Shown: positions 53,101 to 64,000 of the stretch, one piece after another | Numbering within the stretch: the stretch's first letter is position 1 | Layout of the letters: every line of letters begins with the position of its first letter | Source of the DNA: Lepidodermella squamata | Taxonomy: Eukaryota; Animalia; Gastrotricha | Direction of reading: 5' to 3' | DNA length: 64,000 bases | Assembly (NCBI GenBank): GCA_047495785.1 | Contig: JBLDXI010000019.1 | Span: 806,001-870,000 of the forward strand | Program-made: the position numbers and the translations under genes | Notes under the pieces: model-generated | Database searches by the model: none | Told to the model about the DNA's origin: nothing | Seen by the model: only the letters and a program-made list of their open reading frames with translations

Positions 53101-56100
53101 GAGGTCGTAGTCGTTGTAGTTGTTGTAGTTGTTGTCGTAGTAGTCGAAGTTGTCGATGTTGTTCGGGTGGTTGTAGTCGTTGGCGCAGTTGTTGTTGTAG
53201 TAGTTGTAGCCTGGGTTGTGGTCTCTCTCTGTGGAGCAGCCGTGATGATCGTCGTTGTTGTTGTCGGGCGGGTTGTGGTAGTGGTCGTAGTAGTGGTTGA
53301 AGTCCGCTGCGTTGTAGTAGTCGGAGTATTACCAGCCACCAAAACCACCATCGGATTTCGAAGTACATACGACTGGAACTCGGGTAGAAACGACTCGTTT
53401 CCGCCTGGTAGGACGGGCATATTCAATTCACCGTACTTCCCGACCGTTGTCAAATAGAGGCGGTCGACCAGTCCTAAATTTAGATCATCAACCCCAGCAA
53501 TAGGTACGACATAATACTCCATCGGCATTTCAGGGTTCGGATAGTGGAGACCGATCACATCACTATCCCGAACTTGGAACTGGAGATTGCTCGGAATGTT
53601 GTAAACGTTGATCCCAACATTTGTGGTCCAAACTCGATGAGTGTTGATCAGCTGCATAGTCGGACCAACCTGGCGCCAAACGTCGAAATAGATGACCCGA
53701 GGCGCAGTTTCGCTGTAATAGATCCACTGCCTAGTCGCCCCGTTGCAACCAACAGTCAAATTCATGAAAATATGAAGAAATGTTGAATAGCTGGTCTTGG
53801 TCAGCCAAGGTATGCTGGTGAAGGGCGGCGCGAGGCTGCTGCAAACGACCTGACCTGGACACGCAGGTGCAGGTGTCCATTGACCTCCAACTGAGCAATA
53901 GCTGAGAGAGGGCCCGAAAACGGGACCATTGTTGCACTGGTAAGTAGCGGTGAAACCATTCGCGCTTATCGAAGGGGATCCTGCGTTCAAAGCCGCGGGT
54001 GGAGTTGTCCTACGACAATCCGGGGCTAAAAATTGAAGTTTAGTTTTATTAATTAGAATAATTTTAATTAATATAATTTTTAATTAATTTTTATTAAAAT
54101 TAATTTTAATTTTCAAATTTTTTAAATTTTGATTTTAAATTTTAGCCGCTCTCATACTCTCATAATCTCTGATTCCGGTGACTCACTTGTGACAGACGCT
54201 TTCAGCGGAGGAATACCTCTGACAACATCGACCGTGACGTAATTCGTGTCGAAAGACCGACGGAACCGCCTCGCCGCGACATTGATCAAACCACCAGACC
54301 AAATCAAGTCGGAATGATTCATCGGCACGGCAAGGGCTAGCACGTTATCCGTCGTCAGTGGAATAGCCGCAATTTCCGCGTCAATGCTATCGTACTGAAC
54401 GCCGATGAAATCACCCGGTTGAACGAGGATTCGCTCATTTTCGGGGACTAAGAACTCCTGCTCGCCCTCAGAGTACGGCACGTATGTGTTGAAGCCGACT
54501 AGCTTGAAAAATCCGTTAGATTGCGACCGCCAAACTGTGAGATAGACAGGCGATCCGGTCGTAACAGATTTCAGCTGCCATTTCCATATGTAACCGCCCC
54601 CGCGGCATTCACTGAACGTAAGATTCGGGAACAAATAGGCAGAGCTTGAAACAGTCCTCTCCTCAGAGCCGTTCCTGCGAACCAAAGTCCCTGCGGAGCA
54701 TGATTCGGCGAGTTGGCAATTAACCGGGGTAGGCACGTCCCAAACACCTCGCAGACCACATCTAGCCGTGAAAACAGTTCCTGGCGGGGAGGGTACGAAC
54801 CCACCCCGGCACGTATAGGTGATGGTTTGATTGAAAACCCCGCTGTTTGCCGAGGCTGTTGCGTTGGGGTACGAAGGCGGCGGGGCTGGGCAGGCTGCGT
54901 TCGAAATTTCAGCCCAAGCTGCTGGAAGAAGCAGCCTCGACTCGGGTAACAATCTGGCTTTAGCTATCGAATAAAAACCCGGCCCACCTCCCATTTGGTA
55001 GCCATACACATTCCGAGCAGTCCAAGCATCCCAGAGGGAGTTGACCGAATTTGACCCTAACGAATCTCTGGTATTTGCGGATAGGATTGGCACATCGAAT
55101 GGCGAAAGGTAGTGGAACCCGATGAAGTCATTTTGTTGGACATTGATATACTCCCCGGGCTCTAAAATCGCGGTGTTAATGCCGACAGCTGTTGGGACGA
55201 CCCTAGTAAGTCCAACCAGGTAGAACATGGTTGAATCAGCCCTCCAAACCGCTAAATACGCTGAGGCGTTATTAACCGGGTCAGCGTATGAGGCGAAATA
55301 CCGCCACTGGGTGATCATTCCATTACAGGCGATCGAATTATTCGGGAAAAGGTAGAGACCAATCGGTAGAACCGAGTAATCACGTCCATTAGGTTCATTC
55401 CCGATAGATCGACAGCTAGCCGGTGTAACAGGGTAGCCGCAAATCGGGGGAGAATTCGACCAAGAATTACCCCGCTGGCATGAAATAGTCGCCGATCCTG
55501 ACCTTATCGTCCGGCCATTCAGACACGTGTATGTGACTGAAGTCCCAACACTTACAACGTCACTTCCATTCGCTGTAGCGCTTGCGTACCGAGCGAATGG
55601 AATGTAGTCGCAAATTTCGCTTGGCCTGATAGTTGCGTTGATCATGGTGAGCCGGTAATTTCGAAGACGGCCGCCGAAATCGACAGCGTCTGTGTACCAT
55701 GATGAGCTTCGATCGGTGATGATGTCGCCGGCGTCGTGGTAGCCAACGTAGGCGTCGAGAAGGTTGTCGTCGATGAAATTTTGCGTGTAATTACTGGCGA
55801 AACCAAGGGCTGAGACATTTAGCGGCTGATCTTTCGAGTCGTAAAAATATCCGATAACATCGCCATTTTTTACCTATGAACATAATTTCGGAAAATAAGT
55901 TCGGAAAATAGAAACCATACTAACCGTGATTGGAGGCGATACTGGGAGAGTGACCTCTCTGACGCCAGTTCCTTCGTAGGGAACAAAACGAGTGGCTCCA
56001 ACCAGGTTGTAACGACCTGGAATATCAGTTGCCCGCCAGACGGCAAAATAAACGGGAGCTTCGTCTTCACGTAGGTGAGCTGAAAAAATATGAAACATTG

Positions 56101-59100
56101 AAACATGATTTTTAACGCATAATTTTCAAAATTTGTACATCTAAACCTCGGGTTCCAGCATTATATTCAAATTTTCCCACATTAGATTTTTTCTAACAAA
56201 AAAATAAAATCCAGAATATATTTCGAATTTTTATTTTTCGTTACCTACTACCGTTAGCTAGACGAAACATCCCCAGGACTGCTGATATTAGGGTATAGCC
56301 ACTGATTTTTAAAATTGATACTTGGAACCGATTTTAACTCTACAGGCTGGAGTATAACTCACAAGGGGCCCAATAATTGCGCAAAACACGCCTAAATTGA
56401 ATTTATCAGATCGGCATGATAACAAAAAAAATCAGATTATAAAGTAAAAAAGGAGAAAATAACAAGTTTGGATAGGAAAAAGCTATTGACGGAGCCCAGA
56501 TTTTAGTACTGGAACCCTTAAACTCTGGAAACGTCGGGGGAATAAGTAAAAGAATGCTACCTCTCCAACGAGTGAGAACGCCATTGCACTTGAACGCCAT
56601 ATTAGGATAGACAACCGCCAAAGACCCGCCCTCCGTAACCGGCAGAGTCGATAAAACCTCCACACCCGCCGAGCAAGTTCCACTTCTCTCAGTAACCGTT
56701 GTGGTTGTCGTAGTAGCCGTAGTGGTCGATGTCGTCGTAGGCCTCGTCGTGGTTGTCTGGCCTTGTGGTGTCGTAGTCGAGGTCGTGTCTCGTTGCGGTA
56801 TCGTGTACAAAGTCGTCGATCCCGCTGAGGTCGTCGAAGTGGTCTGCTGGGTAGTTGTACCCGGCGTTGGGTCGGTAACAGTTCCATTCGCAACCGGCCG
56901 GAAGGTCGGCAAAGTTCTCGCCGTGGTGCTTGTAGTTGTAGTTGCCGCATCCCCTGCAACTAGAACTAACATCGGCGTTCGAAGGACATACGACTGAAAT
57001 TCCGGGAGAAATGAGTTGAAATCTCCGATTTCAACCGGCATATTCAAGGCGCCGTACTTTGCTACCGTGGTCAAATAAAGCCTGTCGACCAGGCCGGCTT
57101 CCAGGTCATCAGTCCCAGCGATCGGTATCACGTAAAGCTCGGGTGGCATTTCCGCATTCGGGTAATGAAACCCTATCACATCTGAGCTCCGAACCTGAAA
57201 CTGTTGAGTACTCGGAATGTTAAACACATTCAATCCAACATTTGTAGTCCACATTCTATGAGTGCAAATAAGCTGCATCGTCGGCCCAACTTGCCGCCAA
57301 ACGTCTAGGTAGATGACCCTGGGAGAGGTAAGACTGTAGTACACCCACTGCTTAGTCGCTCCAGAGCAGCCGATGGTCAAATTCATGAAAATGTGTAAAA
57401 AGGTTGAGTAGCTAGTTTTTCTCAGCCATGGCACATTTTCAAACGGTGGAATGAAGCTACTGCATGCGACTTGACCCGTGCAAGCGGGAGGAGGAGTCCA
57501 TTGGCCACCCACCGTGCAGTAACTGGCCGATGGGCCGAAATTTGGGCCGTTATTGCAGCGGTAAGTTGCAGTGAAACCATTCGAGCTGATTGATGCTGCG
57601 CCACTGTTCGAGACTGAAACTGGTTGGCTCGAAACGCGGCAATCAGGAGCTATTAAACAGCAGAAAATATAATTTCATCTTTTGTTTTTCAAATTTTAAA
57701 TTTTAAATGATCCCATATTATACCACTCTTTTTTTATTTGAAATTTTACATTTTTGTAAAATTCTCGATTTGAAATTTGAAATTAAATTAAATTAATTTT
57801 GAAAAATGGAAATTTTCTCAGATTAATCAGATTAAATTGAAAAAATCGGTTCTACGACAACTGAGACCCGACAACCGAGAAAACGACAACTGAGACCGGA
57901 CAACCGAGACCAAAATAAAAATTAATTATTTTATTTTCGCTAACCGAGACACCGACAACCGAGACCGAATAATTCGATTTAATAATTAATTAAATCTCGG
58001 ACAACCGAGACTCCGACAACTGAGACCAAATAATTATAATAAATTAAATTTACAAAGGAATAGCTTACACTTACCTATACTTTACATTTTAGGGTTAGGG
58101 TTAGGGTTAGAGTTAGGGTTAGTGTTAGGGTTGGGGTTGGGGTCGCAATATGCTCAATATGCTCAATATTCGTTTTCAATTTTGGCTTTTATTAAAAATT
58201 TAATGGGTCGTTATATTCCTGCTTAAATAAGTACGCGTTTTTTGATATTGATCAATATCAAAAAACGCGTACTTATTTAAGCAGGAATATAACGACCCAT
58301 TAAATTTTTAATAAAAGCCAAAATTGAAAACGAATATTGAGCATATTGAGCATATTGCGACCCCAACCCCAACCCTAACACTAACCCTAACCCTAACCCT
58401 AACCCTAAAATGTAAAGTATAGGTAAGTGTAAGCTATTCCTTTGTAAATTTAATGTATTATAATTTAATATATTTATTTGTCGGAGTACGAAAAAATCAG
58501 AATTTTATAAATCGGAATTATTAAAATTTTATATTCATCAGTTATTGAATTTTCTCATGATGCTAAACTTACTTGAGACTGAAGCCCTTAAAATAGGATT
58601 GCCTTGGGTGCTTAATGGAGTAATTGACCGCGTTTCAAACGCTCGCCGCACCCTTCGACTGCCCAGATTGAGCGACCCGCCCGACCAGATGATATCCGAA
58701 TGATTCATCGCAACAGCCAAAACTTGGACAGCATCCGGCGTCAATTCAACGGGCGCTCGTGCTAATTCAGCGCTGTCATATTGAACCCCAATAAAATCAC
58801 CCGGCTGAACAAGAATCCGCGAATCATCGGGCACGATGAAATCTTGCTCGCCTGGATAGTCTGGGGTGAATGTGTTGAAACCCACGAGTTTGTACATTCC
58901 ACCGCTGACCGGCGGTCGCCATACTGTGAGATAAATCGGCGAACCAGCCGACGTAGGAGCTAGGCGCCATTTCCAGATATAACCGCCACCCTGGCACCGG
59001 TTGAATGTCAACGCGACGAAAAGATAGGCGTAACTAGGAACGGGACGAGTTTCGGTCCTGTTGCTGTAAGATAACGCACCAGCGCTACAAGACTCGGCGA

Positions 59101-62100
59101 GTTGGCAATTGACCTCATTAGGGACAATCCAGACGCCTTTCGGGCCACATCTTGCCGTGAAAACTGCTGATCTCGGGTTTGGTTCGAACCCACCACGGCA
59201 GGTGTAGGTCACATTTTGATTCAGGGCCCCAGAACTTGCGCTAGCCTGGGCGTTCGCAAACGAAGGTGGAGGGGCAGGGCAAGCCGCGACCGAAATTTCC
59301 GCCCAAACAGCGGGTAAAGCCAGACGACTTTCCAGTAGCAAACTAGAGGTGTCAACTGAAAAGTACCCAGGCCCTCCGCCCATTTGATAGCCGTAAATAT
59401 TTCTCGCTGTATAAGCGTCCCATAACGAGTTAGCCGAAACCGACCCTAGCGAGTCCCTGGTATTACCCGAAATCGTCGGAACATCGAACGGTGACATGTA
59501 ATGAACACCCATGACGTCATTCTGCTCAACAGGAATGTATTCACCTGGTTCCAAGACCAGGGTATTGACCCCGACGACGCTAGGCACTACCCTTGTTAGG
59601 CCGACTAGGAAGAAAGTTTGATTTCTCTGCCGCCAAATTGATAGATAAGCGTCAGCGTTTGATGTCGGATCGACGTAGGATGCAAAATACCGCCATTGGG
59701 TGATCATTCCACTACAACCGATGCGATTGTTGAAGAAAATGTAGAGACCGAGTGGGAGAACGTCATATCCTCGCCCGGTTGGCTCGTTCCCAATCGACCG
59801 GCACGACGCCAGGTTGACAGGGTAGCCACAAATCGGAGGCGTCCCCGACCATCTGTTGCCGCGTTGGCATGAAATTGAGCTTGAACCAGCTCTGATAACG
59901 CGGCCGGCTTTACATGTATAGGTCACGGTGGTTCCTAGGGCGACGGCGTCGGATCCATTTGCGGAGGCAATGGCGTTAGCGACGAATGGAATGTTATCGC
60001 AAACTTCGGTTGGAGTTATGGATGCGTTAATCATCGTCAGACGGTAAGTTCGCAGCAATCCACCGAAATACAACGCATTTTGGTTCCAGGACAGGCTTCT
60101 ATCTTGGAAAATATCAGCAGCACCGTAATAGCCGATATAAGCATTGACCAGGCCGGAATCTAGTTCGTAAAAATTGTTATATGAGGTTATTGAAAATTTG
60201 AATAGCTCACCAGAAAAGTTTTGAGTATAGTTGCTGGCGAAACCGAGAGCGGTCACGTTCAGAGGGGTTTCACTTGAGTCGTAGAAATACCCAAGGGCAT
60301 CGCCTCGTTTTACAACGATTTGGGGAGTGGCGGGTAGTGCCAGATCTCGAACCCCGATACCGTCGTAGGGAACGTAACGAGACGCGCCGACCAATAAATA
60401 CTTTCCCGTTTCGTTAGTTGGACGCCAAACTGCGTAGTATACTGGAGCCTCATCTTCGCGCAAGAAAGCTTAAAAATATCAAAATTAAAGGTCAAATCAA
60501 CGTTACAATTCATTCAAAATTCAATCACAATTAACTATACAGCGTGTCCCTAAGTAAGCAAGCAAAGAAAATAAACGGAAAAGGGTTCAGAAGCTCTAGA
60601 GTGAGAGACGAAGTCAAATCTCACGTCGAGAAAAATTTTAGAAAAATTCGAAAAATCCCAAAAATATCAATCAGGCATATCACTTGTTAATGGGATTAAT
60701 CAAGTCCGGAGAAATTTGGTCCAACCGGGTTAAATAACGAAAATTGCCGAACCAGTTACCATCAAGGTTTTCCGGGTTTTTCTCCGATAAATTTTTTATT
60801 TCTTCGGAAAAATAAGTTTTATTCCTTCGGTTTAATTAGAAAAATTATTTGAATTTCCGACAAAAATTTGCCCAATTAAAAAATAGTCGCGCAACTCCTG
60901 GGACACGCTGTAACTAAGGCAATGTACCAATTTTTGATAGCAAAGAATCATTATTTGCCGGGTCGGAATGTTGCGAAAAAATTTGTCAAACCTCATTTTC
61001 ACTTGTTCACGATCATATTAATTACCTTTCCAGTTATTTAGAATTCCATTGCACTGAAACACCATATCTGGATAAATGACCGCAAGAGAGCCGCCTTCGA
61101 GAACGCCAACATTACTCTGAACATCAACACCAGCCGTGCATTTTCCACCTCGCTCGGTGACCGTCGTTGTAGTCGTAGTTGCGGTAGTCGTCGAGGTTGT
61201 CGATGGCGTTGAAGTTGTTGTAGGAGGCCGGGTGGTAGTTGTCGTGGTGGCCGTAGCTGTTGTTGTAGTGGTATCTCTCTGAGGCTGAGCTGTAATCGAA
61301 CCAACGGTCGTACTCGAGGCTCGAATAGTCTGTTGGGTTGACGTCGCAGTTGAAAGGGGTCTAGGAGTAGCTGCTGTAGTCGTAGTGGGCGTGTTACCAG
61401 CAACCAAAATCAGTAACGGGTTCCGCAGAACGTAAGACTGAAACTCGGGGAGGAATGATTCAGTTCCTTCTCGTTGGACTGGCATATTCGAAGCGCCATA
61501 CTTCCCGACCGTGGTTAGATATAGTTTATCAACCAGACCTAATTTCAGGTCATCAACCCCAGCAATAGGCACGACATAATACTCCACCGGCATTTCAGGG
61601 TTCGGGTAGTGAAGACCAATCACATCACTATCCCGAACTTGGAATTGGAGATTGCTCGGAATGTTGTAAACGTTGATCCCAACATTTGTGGTCCAAACAC
61701 GATGAGTGCCGATCAGCTGCATTGTTGGACCAATCTGGCGCCAGACATCGAAATAAATAGTCGTAGGAGCGGTTTCGCTGTAATAAACCCACTGCCTTGT
61801 CGCCCCGTTGCAACCAATCGTCAGATTCATGAAAATATGAAGAAATGTCGAGTAACTGGTCTTTGTTAGCCAAGGTACTGTGACAAAAGACGGAACAGGG
61901 CTGCTGCAAATTACTTGACCCGGGCAAGCTGGAGCCGGGGTCCATTGGCCATCAGCCATACAATAACTTGCAGGTGGGCCGAAAACCGGGCCATTGTTGC
62001 ACTGATAAGTGGCTGTGAACCCATTCGCGCTGATTGAAGGCGAGCCGGCATTCGCTACGATCGGTGGAGTGGTTTTCCGGCAATTGGGAGCTAAAATTAA

Positions 62101-64000
62101 ATGAATTATTTTTACTCATGAAAATTCATAAAAATAAATTACTAGTAATTGAAGCTTTAAGGTAAGGATTGCCTTGAACCGAAATCGAGCTAACAGCCAC
62201 TGTGCTAAAAGACCTGCGAACTCGCCGATTTCCAGTCAGTAAAGAACCGCCGGACCAAATTATATCCGAATGATTCATTGGAATTGCAAACGCTTCAACG
62301 TTATCGGTAGTCAAAGGAATAGGGGCTGACGTGTCGTAGATGCTATCGTATTGTACGCCGAGAAAATCGCCAGGTAACGCTAAAATTCGGTTATTCTCAG
62401 GCACGATGAAGTCCTGCTCATCGGTCGTTCGAGGGGTGAAAGTGTTGAAACCGACCAGCTGGTAAGTCCCGCCCGGTCTCGTCCGCCAGACCGTTAAATA
62501 AATCGTAGTATCAGTTTCAATCGGCTTTAACCGCCATCTCCAGATATAGCCACCGCCTTGGCACTGGTTTAACGGCGAATTGGGGAATAAATACGTGTAA
62601 GACGTTACTGTACGAGTCGGCCGGGTGAAATTTGTCAAACCAGCTAGGCAAGACTCGCCAGGTTGGCAGTTGACGTCAATAGGGACAGACCACGCGCCAC
62701 GCGATCCACAAATCGCTCGAAAAACAGCGGATTTCGGCGACGGCTCGTAGCCTCCTCGACACGTGTAAGTGATTGATTGATTGAAATTAGCTGAATTCGC
62801 ACTTGGGTCCGCATTTTCATACGACGGAGGCGGGGCCGGGCAGTTGGCGACTGAAATTTCCGCCCAGGCAGCTGGTAGAGCAATTCGAGACTCTAAGATC
62901 ATTCGATCTCTTGAAATCGAATAAAACCTAGGCCCGCCGCCCATTTGATACCCGAAAACATTGCGGACTGTGTAAGCGTCCCATAGCGAGTTCAGATTAT
63001 TACCGCCTAATGACTCCCTGGTAATAGCCGATAGCAACGGGACGTCGAAAGGCGACATGTAATGCATCCCGATGACGTCATTCTGCTCGACTGGTATGAA
63101 TTCACCCGGTTTTAGAATGATAGTGTTAGTGCCTACGACACTTGGGACAACCTTCGTGAGACCAACGAGGTTATACGACGAGTCAATCAAACGCCAGACT
63201 GCTAGATAAGCTGATGCGTTGGTAGCAGGATCGGCATAGGCTGCGTAATACCGCCACTGGGTGATCATACCCGGGCAGGCGATTGGGTTGTTGTGGAAAA
63301 TGTACAAGCCCATGGATAACACCGAAAAGGTCCGGCCAGTCGGGTCGTTCCCAATCGAGCGGCAACTGGCTGGGGTGACCGCGTAGCCGCAGATCGGAGG
63401 CGTCCCGGTGAAACGATTGCCCCTCTGGCAGGTTATTGAAGCCGAACCCGCTCGAATAATACGGCCGCCTACGCAGGTGTAAGTAACACTTGAACCCAGC
63501 GCGACTGCGTCAGTGCCGTTGACAGTGGCCCAGGAGTCTTCGACGAATGGGGCGTTATCGCAGGTTTCTGACGGTGTAATGCTGGCGCTGAACATGGTCA
63601 TGCGGTAGTTAGGCATTAAAGCCCCGAAATCGAGTGGTTGACGGTTCCATGTTGTAGACATGTCAGTCAAAATATCGCTCGCGTCATACTTTCCAATGTA
63701 TACGTTGAGGAGACCAGCATCTAAAAATTGAATTTTTTAATAAGGCTTAAAGTTTAGTTAAAATTCTTCGACAAATTTCAAAAACCTGCAAGGCCATTTA
63801 TTTTTGCAATTTTTTAATAATTTGTTTGAAGTACAAATAACTAACCTGAAAAGTTTTGCGTGTAATTGCTTGCAAAGCCGAGTGTTGTAACGTTAATCGG
63901 CAGCTCTTTTGACTCGTAAAAATAGCCAATGACGTCGCCGGTTTTAACGACAATCGGAGGATTCGCAGGCACGGTGACATCCTTCAACCCGGAACCAACG
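47194..64000 (-). CDS. 3' part of a giant multi-exon extracellular repeat protein (Sushi/CCP domains, unrecognised beta-rich modules, Thr-rich mucin linkers)
   Basis: About five tandem macro-units of paralogous exons. Sushi pattern C..P...VTYTC..G...ITCQRGNRWSG.PP.C; module C.G....W.Y....YL.VWR....LVG....V...D.IG.HY; poly-Thr tracts. The 5' end lies beyond the window. Confidence 0.85.
57847..58465. repeat. Intronic foldback element: GACAAC(C/T)GAGAC array plus about 420-bp spacerless palindrome containing (TTAGGG)n
   Basis: Palindrome centre at 58251/58252 (TTGATATTGA|TCAATATCAA). TTAGGG tract at about 58088-58141 mirrored by CCCTAA at about 58361-58408. Confidence 0.85.
60540..60910. mobile_element. 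Tc1/mariner-type MITE in intron (371 bp)
   Basis: TA|CAGCGTGTCCC ... GGGACACGCTG|TA: 11-bp TIR with TA target duplication. Confidence 0.75.

Noticed and set aside
49922-56997. Val-rich + strand ORFs (49922-50266, 52984-53457, 56701-56997)
   Set aside because: Antisense reading of Thr-codon repeats in mucin linkers.
58088-58408. True telomere or chromosome end
   Set aside because: Short, degenerate, internal to an intron and part of a palindrome.

Overview
Compact-intron (about 50-60 nt) invertebrate animal genomic DNA. The main feature is a complete 19.4-kb group-2-type Polinton/Maverick (adintovirus-like endogenous virus) at 18259-37661. It has AGTAGT...ACTACT termini, about 185-bp TIRs built from about 63-bp repeats, and a 6-bp TSD (CATTTC). 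Its fragmented ORFs resolve into intact genes once about 17-19 short GT-AG introns are removed, several of them inside catalytic motifs. It encodes pPolB, integrase, major and minor capsids, an adenain protease and a packaging ATPase, plus unusual cargo: a TBP-like protein, a PC4-like protein, dUTPase, a deoxynucleoside kinase and a RING protein. It inserted into a palindromic MITE between two tandem GABA-B-like GPCR paralogs. The host flanks carry a DUF4419-like gene, a multidomain secreted lectin-like gene, a solo gag-like ORF, TRIM-NHL and ankyrin-SOCS genes, three atypical intronless Cys-loop receptors, tRNA-Thr(CGT), an SRP RNA with a UAAC helix-8 loop, and the 3' part of a giant Sushi/mucin repeat protein with repeated furin sites. 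All calls come from manual motif reading and splicing; no database searches were run.
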